NCBI GenBank assembly: GCA_963674755.2
Contig: CAXXVS010000002.1
Location: 544,001 to 608,000 of the forward strand
Reading direction: 5' to 3'
Source: Desulfobacterales bacterium
GTDB taxonomy: Bacteria; Desulfobacterota; Desulfobacteria; Desulfobacterales; UBA5852
Length of the DNA stretch: 64,000 nt
Positions 10,317 through 20,198 of the stretch are shown here, piece after piece; the stretch's first letter is position 1, and each line of letters opens with the position of its first letter. Both the position numbers and the translations under genes were made by a program. Below the pieces are notes generated by a model, which did not search any database, was not told the DNA's origin, and saw only the letters and a program-made list of their open reading frames with translations.

Positions 10317-11372
10317 ATGAATCGTTGCCGCGAAAGATACGGTGACACGAACCAGCCGCAAACGGAACGTCCGATCGATCGGTTGTCGGAATACGCGACC
10401 GTGTTGGGCACCGGACTGGTCGTTTTTCTAGCGTTGCTGATGGGAACTGTGGTTGTAAATGCCCAGCCCGGCATGCCGAACAGGGGCAACGATGAAATCG
10501 CCCGGGTGAATGGCGTTGTCATTACCCGCCAGGCGTTCCAGATCACCTATCGCCAGGCCGTTGATCAGCACGCCCGGGAGGGGCATCCGATTGATGAAGT
10601 CCACCTCGCGCCCTTGCGCCGCAAGGTTATCCAACGCATGGTGGAAGAAGAACTGCTTGTCCAGGAGAGCCGACGGCGCGGCATCACGATCTCAAGCGAA
10701 GAAGTCGATCAGGATGTGGCGGCCGCCCGGGCTCGCTTTGAAACGCCGGAGGCTTTCCAGCAGGAGCTTGCGCGGCTGTATCTGGATGAGACCGGCTATC
10801 GGCGCTACCTAAAGCGGCAGAGGGCTATCGACCGCCTTCTGGCCCAGCAGGTCGACCCCTCGGTATCCGTCTCACCAGAGGAGATGCGGCGGTTCTACGA
10901 GGCTAATCCCCAGCGGTATCAATCCCCTGAAACGATACGCGTGCGTCACATCCTGATCCACAGAGCGGCCGGCGATGCAAACGCCTCCCCCGATGCCGCC
11001 TACCGCAAGATTTCCATGATCAGAGAAAAGTTGGAACAGGGCGAAGATTTTGCCGACCTGGCGGCAGAGTATTCCCAGGAGTCTACCTGGGAGCGGGGAG
11101 GAGATCTGGGCTTCATCCAGCGCGGCCAGATGGTGCCTTCGATCGAATCGGTGGTATTCGATCTGAAGGTGGGGGAAATCAGCCCTATCTTGACCACTGA
11201 ACACGACTACCACCTCGTCCAGGTAAGCGAACGCCATGCCGCAACGATGATGCCGTTTGAGGAGGCCCGGAGCGACATTCAAAAGACCTTGTTGCAGGTC
11301 AAACAAAAGCAAGCGATACGCGCTTATATCAATGTGTTGCGCAAGCGGGCCGAGATTCAGGACGGCCAGTGA
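10317..11372 (+). CDS. Second PpiC/SurA-type peptidyl-prolyl isomerase
   Basis: IARVNGVVIT, IRVRHILI, FADLAAEYSQE, GGDLGFIQRGQMVP; N-terminal hydrophobic anchor. Confidence 0.9.
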   Translation: MNRCRERYGDTNQPQTERPIDRLSEYATVLGTGLVVFLALLMGTVVVNAQPGMPNRGNDEIARVNGVVITRQAFQITYRQAVDQHAREGHPIDEVHLAPLRRKVIQRMVEEELLVQESRRRGITISSEEVDQDVAAARARFETPEAFQQELARLYLDETGYRRYLKRQRAIDRLLAQQVDPSVSVSPEEMRRFYEANPQRYQSPETIRVRHILIHRAAGDANASPDAAYRKISMIREKLEQGEDFADLAAEYSQESTWERGGDLGFIQRGQMVPSIESVVFDLKVGEISPILTTEHDYHLVQVSERHAATMMPFEEARSDIQKTLLQVKQKQAIRAYINVLRKRAEIQDGQ

Positions 11373-11595
11373 CGGCGGTCACTGCCCCCAACATCGAAGT
11401 CACCGCGTGGTGTGGTTGATTGATGTGCAAAGCCGGTGCTAATCTGATCCCATAATCGAGAGCGACGTTCCCAGAACGATTTCCCGGATATTAAACCCTT
11501 TCGCTGCGGGCAATTCAAGCCCGCTAGAACGTTGCCATCTTCCGGAGGCACAACCAAGCGGTTCCAACGACCCGATAGGCCCAAGCGAGCTATCT

Positions 11596-13281
11596 ATGCC
11601 GTCAGATCAACCGTCAGGGCCAAGCCTGACAAACAGTCCTTTGCGAACGTGTGTTCATCCCGCTGGTCGTTTTCGTGTGGCCCACCACCGCTCCTCTTTT
11701 TCGGTGGTCAATTTGCGACTGCGTCGATGGGTTCAGGAAGTGGGGCGCCGTGGGGACGATACCCCAGTGACCAACCATACCAATTTCCCGGAAGGACCGA
11801 TGGCCGCGCATGAAACGGACGGCGTCTATGAAATTGCCAATCCCTTCCCGTTTCGGGGGGCCACCTATATTGGCAAAGCATGGGCCGATGCCAAACGACG
11901 CGACCCGTCCGCAATCTGTCTGCCGCCCCCTGCGGCGCTGTCCATGACCCGGTGGTGTCGTGAACAGCTTGCCGGCGATGGGGTTCCTGCCGACCGTTGT
12001 TCGGATTGGCTCCAATCCATGCCCGAAGCGGTTCAACTGGCCCTGGCCGTCAATTCCACCGACCCGGAAGACCTGATTCCCCTGGCGGAAGCCTGCGGTG
12101 CATTTCTCCATGATCCGGATACGGGCCAGCCCGTCGGTCTCCGTTATGGCACGCGATCCGATGGCACCGTGTACCCTCTGATCCATAACCCCGTTTTGTT
12201 TGAGGCCGTGGCCAACAACGCTCATCTGCCGGATGTCTACAAAGAGGTGATGGTATTGCGGCCCGGGGCCCAGGGCGGCAGCGCTATCATGGGGGAATGG
12301 CAAGCGCCGAGCGGCAGCCATGTCTTTGAATATCTGCGTGACAACAGCTATATTCCCGGGGGGCATTATGCCGCCAACATGGCCAATGACGCCATCCGCT
12401 ACCGGCTGGATGCGCTCGCCATGCATGATATGATTGGCATGCGGCATCTATACTATCAGCGTACCTTCGTACGCCTGGCGACCATGGCCGGGTTGGAAGC
12501 GGACTTCGACCGGAGGAGCCTCTCCGTAGGGGAACTGGAAGCGCTGCGGCATCATCTCCTGGCAGCATTTGCGAATCCAGCCAAGGGACGCCAAATGGCC
12601 GCAAACGGCGCGTTGTGGGGATGGAATTTCGGCTTTGATTATTCGCCCAGTCATTACCGCCTGCATGCCTCCCACCAGCAGATCCACCAGCAGTATGCGC
12701 TCATTCCCCGGAACGCGCCGGCCGCCGGATCGCCGGCCGGGTCGGCGGGAGTGCTTTCCGCCTATGCCTGCGGCGATCAGATCCACGATTTTATAGGCGC
12801 CTATAAGGACGCCACCGGGACGGATTTTTTCACGGCTTATGTCAACGCCGTGCTTCAGAACGAACGTACCGACGGACGCACCGACGGGGATAGCGACCTG
12901 GTGGTCTACCGTGATGCCAACGTCATCGTGTTTGTTCCCAAGGCCCAGACATCCCAGTGGGAGCTTCAGATCCTTCCCCTAAACCCGGTGGGCAACGTCC
13001 TCGAAGCCGATGAGCCGACCCGGGCATCCCTGGACAGGGCCCTCTGGACGACACTGCGCACCCTTGGGAATATGGGGGCCCGCATGGTGACCACCATCGA
13101 GTTCAGCAAGCGCTTCGATGCCGGTGCCACGGGCCAGCGCCTGCTCTACAGTATTCTGCCGCGTCTTCCCGAATCGCCCGGTGCGTTTAGCGAAGCGCAA
13201 CTGCGCTGGATTACCGGCCACTATCCCGAAGATTTTGCGGCCGCCTGCCGCCTGCGGCGACCCATCGCCGACATGCCGTAA
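11596..13281 (+). CDS. Hypothetical protein with divergent GalT/Ap4A-phosphorylase (HIT superfamily)-like motifs
   Basis: 561-aa ORF; WNFG...HASHQQIHQQY resembles N-x-G...GAS-x-x-HxHxQ; VYRDANVIVFVPKAQTSQWELQILP resembles the second GalT domain. Confidence 0.6.
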   Translation: MPSDQPSGPSLTNSPLRTCVHPAGRFRVAHHRSSFSVVNLRLRRWVQEVGRRGDDTPVTNHTNFPEGPMAAHETDGVYEIANPFPFRGATYIGKAWADAKRRDPSAICLPPPAALSMTRWCREQLAGDGVPADRCSDWLQSMPEAVQLALAVNSTDPEDLIPLAEACGAFLHDPDTGQPVGLRYGTRSDGTVYPLIHNPVLFEAVANNAHLPDVYKEVMVLRPGAQGGSAIMGEWQAPSGSHVFEYLRDNSYIPGGHYAANMANDAIRYRLDALAMHDMIGMRHLYYQRTFVRLATMAGLEADFDRRSLSVGELEALRHHLLAAFANPAKGRQMAANGALWGWNFGFDYSPSHYRLHASHQQIHQQYALIPRNAPAAGSPAGSAGVLSAYACGDQIHDFIGAYKDATGTDFFTAYVNAVLQNERTDGRTDGDSDLVVYRDANVIVFVPKAQTSQWELQILPLNPVGNVLEADEPTRASLDRALWTTLRTLGNMGARMVTTIEFSKRFDAGATGQRLLYSILPRLPESPGAFSEAQLRWITGHYPEDFAAACRLRRPIADMP

Positions 13282-13573
13282 CCCTGTCTTTATGCGGTAT
13301 TTATCCCCTGAAATGCGCTGATAAGCCATTGGCCGGCGTTGATTCGGTCACGCTGATCAGGGCGATGGCCCCTCGCGGCTGAAAGCCCGAGAACCGGCCG
13401 TATCCCTTTGTAGCGTCTGTAAAAATGTCCCCCTGTCTACATTAGTATAGGCATCCATCCGGCTTGGTGAGGCCGCCTTGCCGAGTGGGTTACCCCCCGA
13501 CCGCTGGGAGGCCTGGTCCGCATAAGCTCTTCGCAGTGGCTTGCGCAGGTTGTCATGACATGTGCCCATTTCC

Positions 13574-13590
13574 TAGGCGCACATTTTGCA
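13574..13590 (+). promoter_or_regulatory. Candidate sigma54 promoter of the GNAT-CRP/ThiF operon
   Basis: TAGGCGC-ACATT-TTGCA with GG-N10-GC spacing, about 125 bp before the ATG at 13715. Confidence 0.5.
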
Positions 13591-13714
13591 AGCTTATTGT
13601 CCATCAGGACTGCGTGATGGTGGTTTGAAGACGCCGGTCGGCCCGGTGCCCTATAATGTTCGGGGTATTGCCGGGCCCGTTGGTCTGCCCCGTGTTCGAG
13701 CAGGAGGTCAATTC

Positions 13715-14875
13715 ATGCCGATCCGACTGAAAATTGCACAATCAACCGCCGAAAAATCAGAGGTCTACCGGTTCAGGCATCAGGTGTTTGTCGAGGAAGA
13801 AGGGCGATTTCAAGTTTCGGACAATCATATCATCGATCAGTATGACAGCTTTGCGGAAACGATCAATGTCCTGGCCTATGATGACCGGCACCCCATCGGC
13901 AGTATCCGCGTTATCATGGAAAATGACGTGGGGTTTCCGGCGGACGATTTTTATGATTTCGCGCCCTTTCGGAAGACCCTCAACGGGGCTTGCGCCTGCA
14001 TCGGCTGGCTGTGCTGCGCCCGAAAATACCGCCGGCATCCCGGTCTGGTGATCGGCCTGATCAAGATGTGTTTCCGTGAAATGCGCAAGAAAAAGGCCCG
14101 GCATGTCCTGGCCACGCTTCATCCACCGGTGCTGTCGATGCTGTCCCGGATTGTCGGCGCCCGGGCCATCGGGCCCGAGTTCCATTGCGACGCCCTGCAG
14201 GTTGCCATGCTTCCGGTGCATGTCGATCTGCAGCAATTGCCCCCCGGCAGCCGGGAGACGTTCGATGACCCGTCCAACATGATCCTGGATGATTCCAACG
14301 AGCGGCGCATTTATCGGCGGGGCGAAGTCATCATACGCAAAGACGATATCGGCGAGGAAGCCTTCCTGATGATGCGCGGTTCCGTCCGTGTGGTGAGCGA
14401 AGACGGCGGTGATGCTTTAATGACGGACGGCCCGATGTTCGGCCCCGGGCAAATATTTGGCGAATTATCGCTGCTGGACGGCGGGCCTCGGACATCCACC
14501 GTGATTGCCAGCTCCAATGAAGCCGATGTCATGGTCTGGAAGCGCGCCGAGCTGCTTCAGCAGCTCGCACGTGACAGGGGGCGCGCATTGCGGATTCTGG
14601 AATTACTGGGCACCCGCCTGCGGCACCAGATCGAGGGGCGCCGCAACGATCCGCCTGTTTCGCTTGCCGCCCGTATTCTGGTGGACAGCTCCCATAACGG
14701 GGAACTTCCCGTCGATATGCAATGGCTGAGTCGTCAGTGCGGGATCGAGGGACGTGTCTTTCAGGATATCATGAATAGCTGGGAGCGGGCGCACTGGATC
14801 ACGACCGATCCTGACCGGGGGTGTCTGGCAGTGAACAATCGGGATGAACTCACGGCCCAGATTGGTATGCCCTGA
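13715..14875 (+). CDS. N-acyl amino acid synthase (FeeM/OxzA-like GNAT) fused to cNMP-binding and Crp-like C-terminal domains
   Basis: AGGAGG SD; VYRFRHQVFVEEEG...IIDQYD...IGSIRVI (GNAT, NAS/LuxI-like); YRRGEVII...RGSVRV...FGELSLLDGGPRTSTV (cNMP cassette); HTH-like tail. Confidence 0.8.
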   Translation: MPIRLKIAQSTAEKSEVYRFRHQVFVEEEGRFQVSDNHIIDQYDSFAETINVLAYDDRHPIGSIRVIMENDVGFPADDFYDFAPFRKTLNGACACIGWLCCARKYRRHPGLVIGLIKMCFREMRKKKARHVLATLHPPVLSMLSRIVGARAIGPEFHCDALQVAMLPVHVDLQQLPPGSRETFDDPSNMILDDSNERRIYRRGEVIIRKDDIGEEAFLMMRGSVRVVSEDGGDALMTDGPMFGPGQIFGELSLLDGGPRTSTVIASSNEADVMVWKRAELLQQLARDRGRALRILELLGTRLRHQIEGRRNDPPVSLAARILVDSSHNGELPVDMQWLSRQCGIEGRVFQDIMNSWERAHWITTDPDRGCLAVNNRDELTAQIGMP

Positions 14876-14930
14876 CGAACCCGCTGGTCCGTGGATGGTT
14901 TGAAGATGTCTGCCGGAAAGTGATGCGACG

Positions 14931-16973
14931 ATGGAAAATTTATCTCATAGGTCAGAACTGCGCGCCCTCGGGTACCAGCACAAATATCATTACCTCGAGG
15001 ATGCCCTTGCCCGCAATATCGGTTTCTTTTCGATGGCCGAGCAGGATCGGCTCCTGAATACGACGGTGGCGATACCCGGATTGGGGGGCGTTGGCGGAGC
15101 CCATCTCATCACCCTGGCCCGCATGGGGGTAGGCCGTTTCCATCTGGCGGATTTTGACGTATTCGAACCGGCCAATCTGAACCGGCAATATGGCGCCAAG
15201 GTCAGCCATTTCGGACGCCCCAAACTGGATGTCATGGTCGAGGAAGCGCTGAACATCAACCCTTTTCTTGATATTCGAAGATTCCCCGAGGGGGTTGGCC
15301 AGAAGAATCTGGAAACCTTTCTGGACGGGGTCGATGTGGTGGTGGACGGGATCGATTTTTTCAACTTCGATGTGCGTCGTATGGTCTTCAAGCGGGCCGC
15401 GGCGCTAGGGATCCATACTATTACGGCCGGTCCGCTGGGTTACAGTGCGGCGATGCTGGTGTTTGCACCCGGCCAGGGAATGGATTTCGATGCCTACTTT
15501 GATATTCGCGATGGGATGCCGCTCGAAGATAAACTGCTCGCGTTTATGATCGGCCTGGCCCCGCGTGCAACACATCGGCACTACATCGATCCCCGCGCCG
15601 TCGACTTGGAACATCAGCGGGGGCCCTCATTGGGCGCGGGCTGTGAGAATTGTGCGGCCACGGCCGCGGCAGAGGTGGCCCGGATTGTGCTCGGGCAGCC
15701 CGGCGTGCGTCCGGCACCCCACTACGTTCAATATGATCCCTATGTCCGGCGGTTTCACCAGGGGTATCTTCCGTTTGGCAATCGAAATCTCCTCCAACGC
15801 TTGAAGCGGCGTCTTATCAAACGGCAGATGCGGCATGACGGCCGACGCCCTTCCCCTATCCCTCCGGCCGCACCGCGCGTTGTCGATATGGGCGCGGACA
15901 TTCCACAGGACGTCATGGATTACCTGCTGCGTGCTGCGATTCAGGCCCCGTCGGGTGATAACTGCCAACCCTGGTGGTTTCGCGTCGATCACAACCGTAT
16001 CGATATTGGCCTGCGGCCGGAAGCCGACCATTCACTGTTCAATGTCAATCAATGTGCGTCCCTGATTGCCTGCGGGGCGGCGCTGGAAAATCTTCTGCTT
16101 GCCGCCACCCGCTATGGCCTCGAGGGCGATGTGAGCTACCCGCCTGAAGCCCAAGCCGACGATTGCCTGGCAAGCGTTCGCCTGCGCCGGTCCGGGATCG
16201 AAGAGGATCCCCTGCTCCGGTTCATCTGGGAGCGACACACCAACCGCACCCGCTATCACCAGAGTCCGTTGCCACCGAAGAGCATGATCGAACTGATCCG
16301 CAGTCTGGATCACTACCCTGAGATGGCGTTGAAACTCTACCATTCCAAAGAGGATATTCGCACCATCGCCGGGCTGGTTTATCAAGCCGACCGGGCCCGC
16401 GTAACGCTGCGCGGCCTCCATGAGCAGTTGATTCGGATGATTCGCTTCTCCCGCGAAGAGGTGCTTCAAAAACGCGACGGATTCCCATTGGAAAATCTGG
16501 AAGCCGGCTGGGGTGGCGAAATGTTTTTACGATTGACACGCAACTGGTCTGTCATGCGAATCTTCAATCGTCTCGGTATCTCCAGGATCGTTCCCCTGAT
16601 CGCCTATCGGGGCATCATGAACGCCTCTCTGATCGGTTTGCTCAAGTGCCCGGATACGCGCCCGGAAACCTTGGTCAAAGGCGGACGGGCGCTCGAGCGC
16701 TTATGGTTGACGACTACCCGGATGGGGCTCTCCTTCCAGCCCATGACAGCCATAACCCTTTTCTGGATGCGCTGGCGGATGAATCAGCTGGACGCCTTGG
16801 GGGACAACCAAGCCCGGATGCTGAAGTCCATGTGGAAGGCCTATCACCATATTTTCGACGTGACGCCGGACAGTCATGAGGGCCATATAATGCTGTTTCG
16901 CATCGGGGTCGGCAACCCGGTCGCCTGCCGGACATTTCGTAAAGCACCTGAAGCCTGCTTGCTGCCGAACTGA
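14931..16973 (+). CDS. ThiF adenylyltransferase-nitroreductase fusion (OxzB-like)
   Basis: RNIG...VAIPGLGGVGG...LADFDVFEPANLNRQ (ThiF); APSGDNCQPW, GAALEN, RHTNR, GRALERLWL, QPMT, LFRIG (nitroreductase-like). Confidence 0.88.
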   Translation: MENLSHRSELRALGYQHKYHYLEDALARNIGFFSMAEQDRLLNTTVAIPGLGGVGGAHLITLARMGVGRFHLADFDVFEPANLNRQYGAKVSHFGRPKLDVMVEEALNINPFLDIRRFPEGVGQKNLETFLDGVDVVVDGIDFFNFDVRRMVFKRAAALGIHTITAGPLGYSAAMLVFAPGQGMDFDAYFDIRDGMPLEDKLLAFMIGLAPRATHRHYIDPRAVDLEHQRGPSLGAGCENCAATAAAEVARIVLGQPGVRPAPHYVQYDPYVRRFHQGYLPFGNRNLLQRLKRRLIKRQMRHDGRRPSPIPPAAPRVVDMGADIPQDVMDYLLRAAIQAPSGDNCQPWWFRVDHNRIDIGLRPEADHSLFNVNQCASLIACGAALENLLLAATRYGLEGDVSYPPEAQADDCLASVRLRRSGIEEDPLLRFIWERHTNRTRYHQSPLPPKSMIELIRSLDHYPEMALKLYHSKEDIRTIAGLVYQADRARVTLRGLHEQLIRMIRFSREEVLQKRDGFPLENLEAGWGGEMFLRLTRNWSVMRIFNRLGISRIVPLIAYRGIMNASLIGLLKCPDTRPETLVKGGRALERLWLTTTRMGLSFQPMTAITLFWMRWRMNQLDALGDNQARMLKSMWKAYHHIFDVTPDSHEGHIMLFRIGVGNPVACRTFRKAPEACLLPN

Positions 16974-17199
16974 AAACTGCTCAATCCGCCTTACAAGTTC
17001 TACCCTCCGGCCTATTACGATCCGTCGGATCTGCTCGGGGAACCCACCTCCCTAGAAATGCTTCCTGACAGGTTTGCACGCTAATGCCGCTTTGCCATGA
17101 TGGGATGGGCGAGCGAGGCGTCATCGCAGACGAAAATCGCGTGAGACCGCATGCGGTCGACAGGCATGCGGCGGCAACGGCGGCCGCAAAAGGTTCGAT

Positions 17200-18546
17200 C
17201 TATAAAGATTGGTCCCGGAGGGGCAAGCGCAGCGTCTGATTGACATGGATTCGATTTCCCCGGTTGGATAGATTGTTGGCCGCCACGAGATCCGCCACAC
17301 GCAGATCGTGTTTTTTAGCGATCGAGGAGAGTGTGTCGCCCTTGCGTACGCGGTAGATGGGGGAACGTTTTTGGCGCACCATCAGAAGTGGTTCCGGAAT
17401 CCTGGCATTGTAGGCCAGCCGGTAGTGCCATTCATGGGCGGGAACGCGCAGGGCATAGTGTCGGGGAATGTACTGGAGGCCATTGAGAACGGCAGGGCGC
17501 AGAGCCGGATTGAGCCGGCGCAGAAGGTCGGCATCCAGATTGAAATGCCGGGCGGCGTCCCTGAACGCCACGAAGCCGTCCGAGGAAATGTGGAGGACCG
17601 GGCGTTCCTCCCGTGGTGGCAGGGCATCGAAATAATGTCGGGCGTTGCGGGCTGCTTCCCGGGCGGCCAGAAATTCCGGGTAGAAGTTGCGTGACGCAAA
17701 GCGGAACCGGCGGCTGCGGTAGTTTTGAAAGATCGCCGCATAGCTCTTGTGGCGGCGTTTGGCGCGCCGCAGGCCTGCGATACCGTGATTATAGGCCGTG
17801 ATCGCCAGGGGCCAGCTTCCAAGTCTGCGATAGTTGGTTTTCAGAAGCATAGCGGCGGCTTCGGAGGCGCGGACCGGGTCCAAGCGCTCGTCGATTGCCG
17901 GGTCAATGTGGAGATAATGGCGCCCGGTTTTCCGGGTAAACTGCCAGATGCCCGTCGCACCGGATTTGCTATGCGCCTGGTTGTTGAAGGAAGATTCGAC
18001 GTGCGCCAGGTAGGCCAGATCCTCGGGCAACCCGGCGTTGCGGAAGATGGTCCGAATGGTTTCGATATGGGCAGAGGAGCGGATCAATCCTTCGCGGAAA
18101 CGGTCGCGCTGACCGACCTGGCAGCGAATACGCCGTTTGGCCTGTTTTAACTGGTCCGGCGTTAGGGACGCTTTCCACAGGTCGGTGATGGGTATGAGAT
18201 CCGGGTCATTGCTGTGTGGGTTGCGCATCAGACGGTCGAGTTGATCGCGCACCTTGAGACGTGCCTGTCGCATGCGGGCGGCATTGATGCGATGCGCTTG
18301 CGGTGCATCGGGATGCTTGAGTTCGATGACGTCATAGATGATTTCCGGGTGCCGGCTGTCATGCACCACCCCCTCCACGAGGCTATAGCGGGTATAGATG
18401 GCCAACCAGAAGTTGACCGATGGCTGAATGGCCGCTGGTTGCGGAAACGGATCGGCCGCGTACGTTATCATGGGACGGATTCCCAAAATCAGAATAGCCC
18501 CGAATAGGGCGGTCAGTGGCGTCAGGAAGCGGTTGAGCAGTGTCAT
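17200..18546 (-). CDS. Lytic murein transglycosylase (SLT domain) with LysM, MltD-like
   Basis: LAHVESSF, GATGIWQF, LAITAYNHG; C-terminal YRVRKGDTLSSIAKKH. Confidence 0.92.
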   Translation of the reverse strand: MTLLNRFLTPLTALFGAILILGIRPMITYAADPFPQPAAIQPSVNFWLAIYTRYSLVEGVVHDSRHPEIIYDVIELKHPDAPQAHRINAARMRQARLKVRDQLDRLMRNPHSNDPDLIPITDLWKASLTPDQLKQAKRRIRCQVGQRDRFREGLIRSSAHIETIRTIFRNAGLPEDLAYLAHVESSFNNQAHSKSGATGIWQFTRKTGRHYLHIDPAIDERLDPVRASEAAAMLLKTNYRRLGSWPLAITAYNHGIAGLRRAKRRHKSYAAIFQNYRSRRFRFASRNFYPEFLAAREAARNARHYFDALPPREERPVLHISSDGFVAFRDAARHFNLDADLLRRLNPALRPAVLNGLQYIPRHYALRVPAHEWHYRLAYNARIPEPLLMVRQKRSPIYRVRKGDTLSSIAKKHDLRVADLVAANNLSNRGNRIHVNQTLRLPLRDQSL

Positions 18547-18786
18547 TCATCAATCTCCAGGCAGAGAGGTTGCGCTTGTGAATCGGTAGAGCGTTCCAGG
18601 GGAAAATAGCAAAGAGTGTACCGAAAGCGGTTGCTATATGGAAATACAATGTATATCCAGAAAGATAGATGGATGTGGAAAACCGCGGCGGTCGATTGGG
18701 AAGAGGCTGGCGGATGGAACTGTATACAAAACATTACGGTTAGCCGGGGCGTGGGGCTATCGGTGGAGGCCCTGGTCGATAGGTCG

Positions 18787-19341
18787 ATGGAAGGGCAATT
18801 CAATCAACAACATGAGATTTTAGCCGACATGGTCGGCGATCTCAAATGTCATCATCCCAAGGTGGTCCTGCTTTTCGGGTCAATGGCCCGCATGCTGACC
18901 GGCAAGGTTACGGGCCATCCGCCAAATGATATCGATTTGCTGGTGGTGGGTGACCAGGTCCCGGCTTTGCTCGAAACAAAAGACTATGGGTTTCCCACAG
19001 AAATGATCCGGATGAGAACCCGTACGCTCACGGAAATCGCCCGATCACTTCGCTACGACAGCCGTCCCGTGGCCCTTGCCAAGCTTTATGCACACCAACT
19101 GGCCAGACAGCATGCCAGCCCTGTGATTGCCGCCTGCCTTCTGCTCGGAGAGACATATCGCTCGTTCGGGATTGAACAGATCGAACTGGATGGGAAGGAG
19201 GATCAACGTGATTATTCGGTGCATCAGGTCTTGTTGGGGCACGCCTGGTGGCGGCAACTCGTGGCCTACACCCGCGAACGGCGAGGACCGCTCAAACGCT
19301 TGAGTGACAAGATTGCACGAATAGACGTCTTCGAAGGCTGA
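18787..19341 (+). CDS. Nucleotidyltransferase-domain protein (Pol-beta/MNT-like)
   Basis: VLLFGSMAR...DIDLLVVG motif. Confidence 0.7.
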   Translation: MEGQFNQQHEILADMVGDLKCHHPKVVLLFGSMARMLTGKVTGHPPNDIDLLVVGDQVPALLETKDYGFPTEMIRMRTRTLTEIARSLRYDSRPVALAKLYAHQLARQHASPVIAACLLLGETYRSFGIEQIELDGKEDQRDYSVHQVLLGHAWWRQLVAYTRERRGPLKRLSDKIARIDVFEG

Positions 19342-19406
19342 TGAAAGCGGTTGGATGTGGAGAGGCATTCCGCTATCGCGTGACGGCGGTAGGGCGGCCA
19401 GGTATC

Positions 19407-19835
19407 CTAAATATTGAGCCAGTTGCTCAACAGGCTTTTGGCCATCTGAGGATTGGGGAAACCGGAACTATCGCTGAAAAGGCCGACCCGTAAAGAGTAG
19501 TTGGCGCCGTCTCCCCATGGCCAGCAAGTGGCATAGAGCCATATGCCGGAGGCGTTTTCGTCGGTCGCAATGAAAAGGTTCTGCCCTGGCATCAACCCAA
19601 ATCCGGATTGGATGAACTCACTGACGAGGCTGGAGGAATTATCGATGGTCGTGAAATCCCATGTCTGCTCGAATTCGAGGGCGATGGGCAAGAGAATTAA
19701 TTCCAGATCTTCTTTATCGAAGACCACCAGGGCGTGATTATATTTGTCGTCCCAGTCCCAGTGGTTGCCGGGGGGGATATTCAGGCCAATACGACCGCAG
19801 ATGGTTTTAAATTTTGCCAGCTCAGGGGAATTCAT
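19407..19835 (-). CDS. Hypothetical protein
   Basis: 142-aa ORF with protein-like composition (WDWDD, CWPWGDG). Confidence 0.7.
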   Translation of the reverse strand: MNSPELAKFKTICGRIGLNIPPGNHWDWDDKYNHALVVFDKEDLELILLPIALEFEQTWDFTTIDNSSSLVSEFIQSGFGLMPGQNLFIATDENASGIWLYATCWPWGDGANYSLRVGLFSDSSGFPNPQMAKSLLSNWLNI

Positions 19836-20198
19836 CTGTCAGGACCGGTTTACGGTAAAAAGATACGTCCCATTTACGGCCACAATAGGATAAATTTCCA
19901 TACAAGTCAATCTGTTGCACGCTATTGGCAAACGTTTCTGCGAAAAGCTGAAATCATCTAGGGCTTTAACGTGTCGCCGGTGGCCCCACCATCCAAGGTG
20001 GATAGGTCCGGTTCGTTCCCTCGGCCCGCCGCCTTATCTTTGCTTCTCAGCCCCATGCATTTGAATCCCTACACGGCCCATGCTATGTTGAGGGCCGCTT
20101 CAATCCTATTTTTCAATTCGGGCGTGGCTGTCCGAACACCGAGACGTCAATGCCCTGTTTGCGGCCCGACGATCGGCCGCTAGGTCAAGATAGGTCCA

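Noticed and set aside
13361..13400. GGCGATGG...TCGC resembling the start of a fluoride riboswitch
   Set aside because: The GTTCGCC pairing and downstream TAATGAC element are missing, and the gene context does not fit.
17145..17158. Perfect palindrome GACCGCATGCGGTC
   Set aside because: Single GC-rich palindrome between convergent genes with no other copy noticed; likely chance or part of a terminator.
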